Shown piece after piece: positions 38,569 to 46,399 of a stretch of DNA of 64,000 nucleotides. The position numbers and the translations under genes are program-made. The notes beneath the pieces were generated by a model, which searched no databases, had not been told where the DNA came from, and saw nothing but the letters and a program-made list of their open reading frames with translations. How positions within the stretch are numbered: the stretch's first letter is position 1; each line of letters starts with the position of its first letter. This stretch comes from a virus (Duplodnaviria; Caudoviricetes): positions 14,009-78,008 of the IMG/VR virus record IMGVR_UViG_3300013947_000035. One strand, written 5' to 3'.

Positions 38569-39303
38569 ATGAATAAGAAAGTTTTGCATACGATGATAAT
38601 CCTCTGCTGGGTGTTTCTTGGCGCATATGCGTTATTAAAATTAATCCCGCAGTTGGCTGATAAATTTGTGATTGCTGTCAATAACGAGCGTATAGTTGAG
38701 GCGGGTAATTTTGTTGACGAACACGTTTGGTTACAACAAATCGTATATGGACTGACGACATTGCTTACATATCATTTCTATTTATGCGCTTGTTGTCATA
38801 AATGGCGTTTGTCTTGGAAACAATACATCGTACTTATTGTTGCCATTATTGCCGCAAACACATTGAAATATTATGTCTCTGAAATCGCTGTCCAAGTAAA
38901 TGTATTAATAATGGTAATTTATCCGTTCTTATTGAAAAGCGATTATAGAACATTTATAATTATATTCATAACACATTCTGTTGGGCAATTATTGATTAGT
39001 TTTATTCGAGGGGCAGAAATGTCGCTTGCAGACTGCAATACATTGACGTGCCTAATATGTTGTTTAGATATGTATGTATGGCTATTGCTATACTACTTAT
39101 ATGCAAATCTATATAAAGGAGAAAAATTTATGGGTAACGTTGCGCCTCCGTTTTGGGGCAAAATGAACAAAGAAATCGACGCAGAAATTGCGTCTCTCGA
39201 CAAAAAGATTGCCGAGTGCAAGGACACAGAACAACGCAAGAAATACGAAGCTAAAAGGGCTGAATATGAAGAAATGCGCGTTAAAACTTCTGACGAGAAG
39301 TAA
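38569..39303 (+). CDS. polytopic membrane protein (sensor-like) with charged C-tail
   Basis: ~6-7 hydrophobic segments; strong internal AAGGAG-N8-ATG at 39130. Confidence 0.75.
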   Translation: MNKKVLHTMIILCWVFLGAYALLKLIPQLADKFVIAVNNERIVEAGNFVDEHVWLQQIVYGLTTLLTYHFYLCACCHKWRLSWKQYIVLIVAIIAANTLKYYVSEIAVQVNVLIMVIYPFLLKSDYRTFIIIFITHSVGQLLISFIRGAEMSLADCNTLTCLICCLDMYVWLLLYYLYANLYKGEKFMGNVAPPFWGKMNKEIDAEIASLDKKIAECKDTEQRKKYEAKRAEYEEMRVKTSDEK

Positions 39304-39916
39304 AATCGTTATAAAGCACGCCCTGCACTGGTTATCGGTGCAGGGTAAACTTTATTTGCGAGGGATTCCACAATTATTCTTGGTAACAATATTGTTGATT
39401 CCTGCCGCATATTTTACAGGCAAATATATCGAAGCAATTTTCCAAATTATTGCGTTGTTTGCGCTTCGGTATAAATTCCCTAAAACTTATCACGCCGATA
39501 CGACTATGAAATGTACTTTTGTGACGTTAAGTATCGGGTATCTTGCAATTCCGAGAGTTTTGCCTACGAACGTTGCTTTGTTTAGCGCGATATTTGTCAG
39601 TTTCGTTATCGCATTTCTCTCGTGGTTGGCACAAGAATTTATCGACCGAAAGAAACGCATAGCCGAACTCGAAGCCGCGCCTGTTTCCGAGCCATTATCG
39701 TTCACAACTTGTTCGCGAGAAGAATTCGATATGTTGTGTGTAAATAACGGAATCAAGTCAAGCCGCATAGAATATGTTTGGGATTTACTTCGAGGCAAAT
39801 TATCAACATCTGAAATGATGGACAAATATTGCGTAGCCGAAAAAACAATTAGTCAAGACCGTTGGCGATACAGAAAAAGATTTTCTAACCCTATTGACAA
39901 CGGCGAATTGAAATGA
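39266..39916 (+). CDS. AgrB-like membrane cysteine peptidase fused to a C-terminal HTH
   Basis: FALRYKFPKTYHADTTMKC has the AgrB LR...H-x6-C signature; C-terminal LSTSEMMDKYCVAEKTISQDRWRYRKRF is HTH-like. Confidence 0.6.
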   Translation: MKKCALKLLTRSKIVIKHALHWLSVQGKLYLRGIPQLFLVTILLIPAAYFTGKYIEAIFQIIALFALRYKFPKTYHADTTMKCTFVTLSIGYLAIPRVLPTNVALFSAIFVSFVIAFLSWLAQEFIDRKKRIAELEAAPVSEPLSFTTCSREEFDMLCVNNGIKSSRIEYVWDLLRGKLSTSEMMDKYCVAEKTISQDRWRYRKRFSNPIDNGELK

Positions 39917-39922
39917 TATTAT
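39894..39922 (+). promoter_or_regulatory. promoter driving the ncRNA island
   Basis: TTGACA(39894)-17-TATTAT(39917). Confidence 0.75.
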
Positions 39923-39926
39923 AAAC

Positions 39927-39982
39927 GTGTCGAAAGCGCAATACGAGGTCTTCTAAAAGTTCTCCCCAGCCTCGTTCGACGC
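39927..39982 (+). ncRNA. hairpin small RNA with C-rich loop
   Basis: GTGTCGAA/TTCGACGC outer stem; ACGAGG/CCTCGT inner stem; loop contains TTCTCCCCAG; begins at the predicted TSS. Confidence 0.45.
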
Positions 39983-40000
39983 AAAAAAAATTGCGCGTAT

Positions 40001-40056
40001 CGGCGACTCGCATCTTGTAGTGCGAATTGTAGGGGCAGTACCTACGTTGCCGACCA
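40001..40056 (+). ncRNA. 56-nt D-armless tRNA-like RNA with encoded ACCA
   Basis: CGGCGAC/GTTGCCG acceptor stem + ACCA; GTAGG/CCTAC T-arm with 7-nt loop; TCGCA/TGCGA hairpin. Confidence 0.6.
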
Positions 40057-40223
40057 GTAACCCTGCGGGTAGTGCGCATACCCGTTGTCCGAAGCTATTG
40101 GCGGATAGAGTTTAATATGGCATCGTGTTCGCGACCGATGCTATGACCACGCAAGCAGTTTTGTACTATGCACTATATGTAACATAGCCTGAACGGTTCT
40201 CGACAAAAAGTAAGCTTGCATTT

Positions 40224-40304
40224 GGGGTTGAGAATGGTTTCGATTGCACATAAAGCCGAAGCGCACTGTGCAAGAAACGAGTTCGATTCTCGTCAACTCC
40301 ACCA
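40224..40304 (+). ncRNA. 81-nt tmRNA tRNA-like-domain-only RNA (no mRNA-like domain)
   Basis: GGGGTTG/CAACTCC-ACCA with G3.U70; 13-nt AGAATGGTTTCGA D-loop; 7-bp TTGCACA/TGTGCAA helix; GAA linker; ACGAG-TTCGATT-CTCGT T-arm. Confidence 0.8.
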
Positions 40305-40494
40305 GCGGGTTTTTCACTGTTTCCAAGCCGTCAAAAAAACAGCGCGGGGCGTATTGATGTTTGCGCTCTGTAAAATAACATCATCGCACTTTGTCCGTTT
40401 CGGCGAATAAATGTGATAACGGAACGAAGCGCGAGGGGCGACGATAGCCCTGCAGTATCGCGTATAGAAAGGTGACACGCTATTCCTTTCAAAT

Positions 40495-40570
40495 GCAGGT
40501 ATGGCGCAATCGGCAGCGCAACTGATTTGTAATCAGTCGGTTGTCTGTTCGAGTCAGACTTCCAGCACCA
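40495..40570 (+). tRNA. trnT: tRNA-Thr (anticodon TGT), CCA encoded
   Basis: 76-nt cloverleaf; ACTGA-TTTGTAA-TCAGT anticodon arm; GTCTG-TTCGAGT-CAGAC T-arm; two acceptor-stem mismatches. Confidence 0.85.
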
Positions 40571-40802
40571 CCACTTTCACAATTCGAGAGAGCCGACTGT
40601 TTTTCGAAAAATTTTGGTCGATTTTCTCATTTCTATTGATTTATTTATGAATTTGTGTTAATATAAGTTTGTGTGAAGTGCTTATCAAGTATAAACCGTG
40701 CCGCCATTGCAGTGGCGACCAAAACACACTGTACTATGCACTATATGGGAGCATAGCCGAACAGACTGCACCTTGCGCTAAATATTAGTGAAGGTCAAGA
40801 TA

Positions 40803-40835
40803 AACCTGACACTATATGTGTCGGGTTTTTCTTTT
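40803..40835 (+). terminator. intrinsic terminator ending the ncRNA island
   Basis: AACCTGACAC-TATAT-GTGTCGGGTT-TTT. Confidence 0.75.
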
Positions 40836-40947
40836 TTTATACTTTTTGTAGATTATTTTTGCCGTTTGTAGACCTTTTGTAGGTAAACATTCGGCATTTT
40901 TTTCTTTTATCATCAAATTAGCAAAAAACGATAAGGCGGTGTGCTTT

Positions 40948-41061
40948 ATGGATATTTTTGAAGAATTAGGTCTAATCCAAGTCGAGCCGAATTCAATATA
41001 TATCGTGCTTGATGACGATGAACATATATTTCTAATTTTGGAGGAAAACTCAAATGGTTAA
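40948..41061 (+). CDS. 37-aa acidic small ORF
   Basis: AAGGCGG RBS; stop overlaps the next gene start; below ORF-track cut-off. Confidence 0.45.
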   Translation: MDIFEELGLIQVEPNSIYIVLDDDEHIFLILEENSNG

Positions 41062-41530
41062 TTTCGGAAACAATTACGGTTTTGGTAACACGATGCCGAC
41101 AGCAACTCAGCCATATGGATATCCGTTCAGTATGGCACAACAGCCTTCAATGCAACCGCAAATCAACACAAATAAAACATATGTCAGTGGCATTGAAGAC
41201 GTGAGAATGCGTCCGCTTCCGCCCAATAGTGAATTTATATTTTTGGACAACGAAAAATCACTTTTATATCAAAAGAAAGTCGACGCAAACGGTCAGTTCG
41301 AAGTCAAGGCTTACGAAATAACCGAATACAACGCCGATACCGCGCCAACAGCTCAACCGCAAGTGGATTTGTCAGGATATGTGCCAAGAGCTGAATTTGA
41401 GGCATTACAGAGCGAAATTAAGGCTTTGAGCGACAAAATATCAAATATAAGGAGCGTAGCACAAAATGGAACAGCAACTGGAACTGGAACAACAACAGCC
41501 CAAGCAAAGCCCGCAACAAACAGCATATAA
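41054..41530 (+). CDS. conserved Firmicutes-phage hypothetical protein (Gln/Pro-rich N-terminus)
   Basis: YVSG.E....P.PPNS..F.D......Y.K.VD.NG motif; first gene of a recurrent module. Confidence 0.8.
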   Translation: MVNFGNNYGFGNTMPTATQPYGYPFSMAQQPSMQPQINTNKTYVSGIEDVRMRPLPPNSEFIFLDNEKSLLYQKKVDANGQFEVKAYEITEYNADTAPTAQPQVDLSGYVPRAEFEALQSEIKALSDKISNIRSVAQNGTATGTGTTTAQAKPATNSI

Positions 41531-41633
41531 GCGAGTCGTTGCCGAAAACAAACGCTTGAAAGAACGCGTTGAAGAACTCGAACGCGAACTCGAAATACTC
41601 AAAACTTTTGTCGGTATAGGAGATAAAAAATGA
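41466..41633 (+). CDS. 55-aa leucine-zipper ORF (absent from ORF track)
   Basis: AAGGAG RBS; ENKRLKERVEELERELEILK heptads; stop overlaps the next start. Confidence 0.55.
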   Translation: MEQQLELEQQQPKQSPQQTAYKRVVAENKRLKERVEELERELEILKTFVGIGDKK

Positions 41634-41875
41634 ACATTCTCGGTAACGGTGGCGGCGGCGGATTGCCCCCACAATTAATGCAAAGTATACAGCAAGTCAA
41701 AGGGATTATGGGAATGGCAAGAGGCGGAAATCCTATGTCTATGCTTCAAAATGACCCAAGATTCGCTCAAGTTATGCAAATGTGCAAAGGGCAGAACCCG
41801 CAAATGGTTTTGGAAAATATGTGCAGACAGCAAGGTATTAATCCACAAGATTTGATAAATGCACTGAAACAATGA
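41630..41875 (+). CDS. Met/Gln-rich small protein
   Basis: NPMSMLQN.P..Q....KGQNPQ motif; AGGAG RBS. Confidence 0.75.
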   Translation: MNILGNGGGGGLPPQLMQSIQQVKGIMGMARGGNPMSMLQNDPRFAQVMQMCKGQNPQMVLENMCRQQGINPQDLINALKQ

Positions 41876-41939
41876 TACAACTCGGCAAATGACGTCTATG
41901 CCTTGTGTATAAAATAAAATTAAAAAGGAGAAACAAACA

Positions 41940-42491
41940 ATGGAAGGTAATGGCATTCAACCTGTTATGAGTATGAATCCTGGTTACGGCTACGGCAATG
42001 GCGGAATCTTTGGCGACGGAGCCTTCGCGATATTTGCTATACTTGCTCTTATGTGGGGCGGCAACGGCTTCTTCGGTCGTGGCGCAGACGGCAGATGTGC
42101 AACAGTTGAGGATTTGAACAACAGCGCAAACTTCACCAGACTCGAAAGCCAAGTTATGAACAACGGTAACGTGGTCGAACGCAAGACGGACGCGATTCAA
42201 AACGGACTTTGCAGCCTCGGCTACGAGATGGCACAGCAATTCGGCTCGACCTATTCTCGTATCGACCAATCCACCGCGCTCATCAATGCGAACGTCACGG
42301 CGCAAACTCAAAAGATTCTCGACAGACTCTCTGAGGACAAGATTAGCGCATTGCAAGGCAAAATCAGCCAACTCGAATTGCAACAAGCACTGTCTGGCGT
42401 AGTCCGCTATCCGCAAGCGATTACATACAACGCGGGTGCATCCCCGTTCTGTAGCGGTTGCGGCTGTGGCTACGGTTACGGCACAATCTGA
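41940..42491 (+). CDS. Gly-rich conserved phage protein (spore-coat-like annotation class)
   Basis: GNGGIFG..., WGGNGFFG, ATVEDLNN, coiled coil, C-terminal CSGCGCG. Confidence 0.8.
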   Translation: MEGNGIQPVMSMNPGYGYGNGGIFGDGAFAIFAILALMWGGNGFFGRGADGRCATVEDLNNSANFTRLESQVMNNGNVVERKTDAIQNGLCSLGYEMAQQFGSTYSRIDQSTALINANVTAQTQKILDRLSEDKISALQGKISQLELQQALSGVVRYPQAITYNAGASPFCSGCGCGYGYGTI

Positions 42492-42592
42492 TTTGGGTCT
42501 AAAACTGAATTAAGGCTCTGTTAGCCGATTGTATAAGAGGGGCAGGGCATAACCTGCCTCTCTTTCTAAAAAAAATATAGGAGAAATAAAAT

Positions 42593-43009
42593 ATGTCTTG
42601 TAATTCATTGATTGATGTTGCAACAACGACTTCGACGTCGGTATTGGCAAATGCGGCGATTCCGTTCAATACGATTGTGCGCAGACGTGGCAGAGAGATA
42701 GGTCAATCGGGTACAGCCGTTGCTATTAGCGATTGCGGTTCCAACTTCTATCTCGTGAACGTTACGGTTGCATTCACGGCACCTGCGGCGGGTACGGTTA
42801 CGGTCGCGCTTCAACAAAACGGAGCGGCAGTCGTTGGCGGTACTGCGAGTACAACGATTACTACGGCAACGACAGAAGTTCGTAGCTTGTCGTTCTCGGC
42901 GATTGTCAGAACGTACAACAGCCAAAACATCGTCGACACGCTTACGCTCTTGAACAGCGGCGTTGCGATTACGGTCTCGAACGCAGATATGACCGTTGTA
43001 AAGCTCTAA
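42593..43009 (+). CDS. beta-sandwich protein (BclA C-terminal-like)
   Basis: G.Y.V.V.V.F, V.V.LQQNG..V.G, LTL.N.G. Confidence 0.65.
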   Translation: MSCNSLIDVATTTSTSVLANAAIPFNTIVRRRGREIGQSGTAVAISDCGSNFYLVNVTVAFTAPAAGTVTVALQQNGAAVVGGTASTTITTATTEVRSLSFSAIVRTYNSQNIVDTLTLLNSGVAITVSNADMTVVKL

Positions 43010-43029
43010 GTTCATAGGCGGTTGCCAGT

Positions 43030-43227
43030 ATGGATAACTGGAATTTAGATTTTTTAGACGTGATTACCGTATTGTCATTCGTGTTAGGGATTGAGAACCT
43101 AAGATTGAATCAGCAACAATCGGGCGACGTTATGGATGAACTCCGTAAGAACCAGAATGCTATGCTGGCAACCATCATAAAACAAAACGAGGAGATAATT
43201 AGGCTCCTAAGGGGACAAGAAAAATGA
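43030..43227 (+). CDS. small membrane/coiled-coil protein
   Basis: LDVITVLSFVLGIENL..N; 65 aa. Confidence 0.7.
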   Translation: MDNWNLDFLDVITVLSFVLGIENLRLNQQQSGDVMDELRKNQNAMLATIIKQNEEIIRLLRGQEK

Positions 43228-43673
43228 TGCTAAAAAACGATATTAGGCACATAATCGAACACGGTAAGCCCGAAGATATGTACAAACTCGAAGAATTGTT
43301 CAACGACGTAGTAGAAGATTTGCGTGAAAGCGATAAGGATGAGTATTGCGAAATCGTTTACAAAGTTCACAAAATCGCTCACGGCGGACATCTCGGCGAA
43401 GAACTCGCAAAGAAGTGGGTCGATTCTATGGAAAACAAAGACGGCACACACGGTGCGCATTGGTCGTGGGATGAAGTCGATAAAGTACGCAAACAATATG
43501 CGCCCGAAGCAGACGAAGGCGATTTCTACGCCGCAATTTCGATGATGTATTCGGATTACTATAATTCACGTTTCGATACGGCAACATACGCACAACTCGC
43601 GAAAGACTGGCTCGACGACAAAGACGTCGGCAGTTGCAAAACGCTCAAATACTATATGAAGGTTGTTAAATAA
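43224..43673 (+). CDS. conserved acidic phage protein
   Basis: G.HWSWDEV, FYAA.SMMYSDY and LAKDWLDDKD..KT.KYY motifs. Confidence 0.8.
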   Translation: MMLKNDIRHIIEHGKPEDMYKLEELFNDVVEDLRESDKDEYCEIVYKVHKIAHGGHLGEELAKKWVDSMENKDGTHGAHWSWDEVDKVRKQYAPEADEGDFYAAISMMYSDYYNSRFDTATYAQLAKDWLDDKDVGSCKTLKYYMKVVK

Positions 43674-43740
43674 AGGGGTTGACTTCTTGTTGTGTTTGAG
43701 ATAAAATAAAATTGTAGTTTGGGATATATACTACGTTTAT

Positions 43741-43850
43741 GTTACGGCGAGCGAGTTATCTAATCTTGCCACGAAACCGTAACAAGCCGCTCTGTTCGAA
43801 GTAGGTCGCTCGCTTTCCGAGCCGCCAATGACTTCGGCGGGGCGGTTTTT
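43741..43850 (+). ncRNA. putative pseudoknotted small RNA with terminator
   Basis: Promoter TTGACT(43679)-17-TAAAAT; GTTACGG/CCGTAAC and GCGAGCGA/TCGCTCGC interleaved; CCGCC/GGCGG hairpin + T-tract. Confidence 0.5.
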
Positions 43851-43919
43851 GTTTTCTTATTGACTTTATGTGCCGTTTGTTTTATACTTAAAGTCGATAA
43901 AAATCTGAGGTGCAATATT

Positions 43920-46388
43920 ATGTATTTGTATTTTGATTATAAAGGCACATTGCTCGAAATCATAAACGATGAAGCGCTTAGACAATATAACAAAGGCGTG
44001 AATATGGTTAATATCTATATCGAGAGTGCGCCCGATTCCGTAACTGGTATCGTTCCCGATGACGGGAAGATTCCGAGTTATATTACTGGCATACAATATT
44101 GGTTCCAACTCGCGAACGGTGATAAACTCAACGACAAAGTATATGATACTTCGAGTAAAATCAAAAAAACGATTCCTTTTGATAGAAATCGCGATTTGAG
44201 ACATTTCAGATACGGGAAAAGTTATGAGTTTTTCTCGTTTCAAGTTCCGAGCGGCGATTATAAAAAAGAAAAAAATGATAATGTAATCGATTTTGTAGGT
44301 GAAGGCGATGTTTTTAAGAGTAGCGGACTTGTTTTGATGACAGTTCAAGCGCGGACTGCGGGAACAAACGCTGACGGAACCCCGAAAGATGGTGCGCTTT
44401 CTCTTGAACGCGTTGCGTTTACTGTTGAAGACGCAGTTATTCTTCCTGATGATATAGTAAATACTTCCGAATTTAACTGGCTTTTGCAACAGTATGCGTT
44501 CGGTGATTATCTGCGTGCGCAACTTGTTTATATGAAAGTCGATAAGATTACGGCTTCGCACGCGTTTACTATCGATGGCGATAAATATAGTATTGACCTC
44601 GATACGAATTTGTTTAATCGCATTCCTAAAATCGGGGACGCTTTCTTGTACGTGTACGAAAACGGCGCCGATAAAGAAAGCAACATAACAATGGCTGTTG
44701 TCGATAAAATTACAGGTGATGTTACTGAGTGCTCGTTCTCAATATCGAATACGATTTCGATTAAGGGCGAAAAAGGCGATACAGGTTTAACACCTAATAT
44801 AACCGCAACTGCGACGGTCGACGAGAATGTAGGGACACCAGAAGTTTCGGTGTCGAGAACGGGCACAAATGAGAATCCGAATTTTGCATTTGCGTTCAAA
44901 AATCTGAAAGGTGCGGCTTTTAAGCCGTCCGTAGATGGAAACGGGAATTTATCGTGGACCAATGACGGTGAATTGGATAATCCCGAAACAGTCAATATCA
45001 AAGGTCCAATAGGAATTACCCCTAATATAATTGCAACTGCGACTGTAAACGATAATGTTGGTACACCTACAGTATTAGTTTCAAAAACAGGTACAAATGA
45101 GAACCCAAATTTTGCATTTGCGTTCAAAAATTTGAAAGGTAGACCTGGAGATATGCCTGAAATAAGCGCAGTAGCGACAATAGACCACAATATAGGTGTT
45201 CCAGATGTTTCGGTATCGATATTAGGAACAGTTGCTAATCCAGAGCTTAAATTCGACTTTAAGAATCTAAAAGGCGCAACGGGAACTGCAGGCGCAGATG
45301 CTCTTTTTGCAGATAGAGCAGACCTTGTAGCAGATATTCCGCCACAAATAGGTAGCACATATAATTTTGAGTTCTCACATTTCAACAGAACACCAATACA
45401 GGGTGAAAAGGTATGGCAATATTTTTCTTCACCAGAAGTTAATCGCCGCTCTCTGTATGCTTGTAATTGTACAGTAAGTGCTATCCATCAAGGCACATCT
45501 GCTACATCATATGCAATACTTCGCGTCGATATGGTGTATTCTCTAAAAGGCGAAAAAGGTTATACGGGCGACAAGGGAGACGATGGCGAAACAATAAATT
45601 CAATCGAAACAGGTGTTTCCACGCAGGAAGGGGCTTATACAAAAACAAATATCAATGTAACCACAAACAAAAAAACCGTTACTTTTGAAGTTTCGGCAAA
45701 AAATGGTGCCGATGGTAAGCAAGGTCCAAGAGGCAATGATGTTCTTATGTGTTCACGTATGTTATCATATATGTTACCCGAAACATTATCTCTTGGAATC
45801 AGTATTTTTAACAGAGAACCAACAACAGGAGATTATTGTGTTTTTTATAGTGAGCAAGGTCAATATGCAAATTATCGATTTTCCCATAGAGACGGAGAAT
45901 ACGATGTTTACTCGTATGTTTTTACCATAGCCTCTTCTATTGTAACTACAAAAGGACCAACAGGTGACAGAGGGGTAGGCATTTTGGACGCGGGTATAAA
46001 ATCGACATCGGAAACGGAAGAATATACGTCCACGACAGTAAGTTTTGCCAAGACGGATTCTACCACGTCCGAAGTCGTGATTAAGGCTAAAAACGGAATC
46101 AATCCGAATACGGTATCGTTCATAGGAACGGTAGCGGTCAGTGATTGGCAAGATTCAATAGCATATTCGGCATATGGTTATAAATACAGTGCATTAATGC
46201 CGTTTACAGGCGGTGTATATGCTACTGATACATATGTTCCCGACGTCGTGCCATCAGCAGTTGCAGACGTCGTTAGCGGCAACTTTGCACCGTTTGCGAA
46301 TTCGCTTTCGACGGGTGTCCAAATATATGCAAAGACAAAACCGACAGAGACTACGAATTTTAATGTATCATTGTCACACGTGCAATAA
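43920..46388 (+). CDS. second BppU-like baseplate/fibre protein with collagen-like repeats
   Basis: N-terminus nearly identical to the 29574 protein ([24 protein letters not shown]); G-x-x repeats; own promoter TTGACT(43859)-17-TATACT. Confidence 0.75.
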   Translation: MYLYFDYKGTLLEIINDEALRQYNKGVNMVNIYIESAPDSVTGIVPDDGKIPSYITGIQYWFQLANGDKLNDKVYDTSSKIKKTIPFDRNRDLRHFRYGKSYEFFSFQVPSGDYKKEKNDNVIDFVGEGDVFKSSGLVLMTVQARTAGTNADGTPKDGALSLERVAFTVEDAVILPDDIVNTSEFNWLLQQYAFGDYLRAQLVYMKVDKITASHAFTIDGDKYSIDLDTNLFNRIPKIGDAFLYVYENGADKESNITMAVVDKITGDVTECSFSISNTISIKGEKGDTGLTPNITATATVDENVGTPEVSVSRTGTNENPNFAFAFKNLKGAAFKPSVDGNGNLSWTNDGELDNPETVNIKGPIGITPNIIATATVNDNVGTPTVLVSKTGTNENPNFAFAFKNLKGRPGDMPEISAVATIDHNIGVPDVSVSILGTVANPELKFDFKNLKGATGTAGADALFADRADLVADIPPQIGSTYNFEFSHFNRTPIQGEKVWQYFSSPEVNRRSLYACNCTVSAIHQGTSATSYAILRVDMVYSLKGEKGYTGDKGDDGETINSIETGVSTQEGAYTKTNINVTTNKKTVTFEVSAKNGADGKQGPRGNDVLMCSRMLSYMLPETLSLGISIFNREPTTGDYCVFYSEQGQYANYRFSHRDGEYDVYSYVFTIASSIVTTKGPTGDRGVGILDAGIKSTSETEEYTSTTVSFAKTDSTTSEVVIKAKNGINPNTVSFIGTVAVSDWQDSIAYSAYGYKYSALMPFTGGVYATDTYVPDVVPSAVADVVSGNFAPFANSLSTGVQIYAKTKPTETTNFNVSLSHVQ

Positions 46389-46399
46389 GGAGAAGTGCG

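Larger units (their letters stand above)
40162..40762 (+). repeat. duplicated ~33-nt motif TGTACTATGCACTATATG..A.CATAGCC.GAAC
   Basis: Copies at ~40162-40194 and ~40730-40762; each forms a CTATG/CATAG stem. Confidence 0.75.

Noticed and set aside
39643-39653. 11-nt identity (CGACCGAAAGA) between the putative omegaRNA 3' region (36466-36476) and the AgrB-like gene
   Set aside because: An 11-mer match is plausible by chance in 64 kb on two strands, and the guide start is unknown.
40571-40640. Theta ribozyme downstream of the tRNA
   Set aside because: No nested double-pseudoknot pairing could be drawn after the CCA of any of the three tRNA-like RNAs.
43741-43813. HDV-like or hammerhead ribozyme
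   Set aside because: No 3-bp P3 or P1.1 GG, and no CUGANGA core. Kept only as an unknown pseudoknot.
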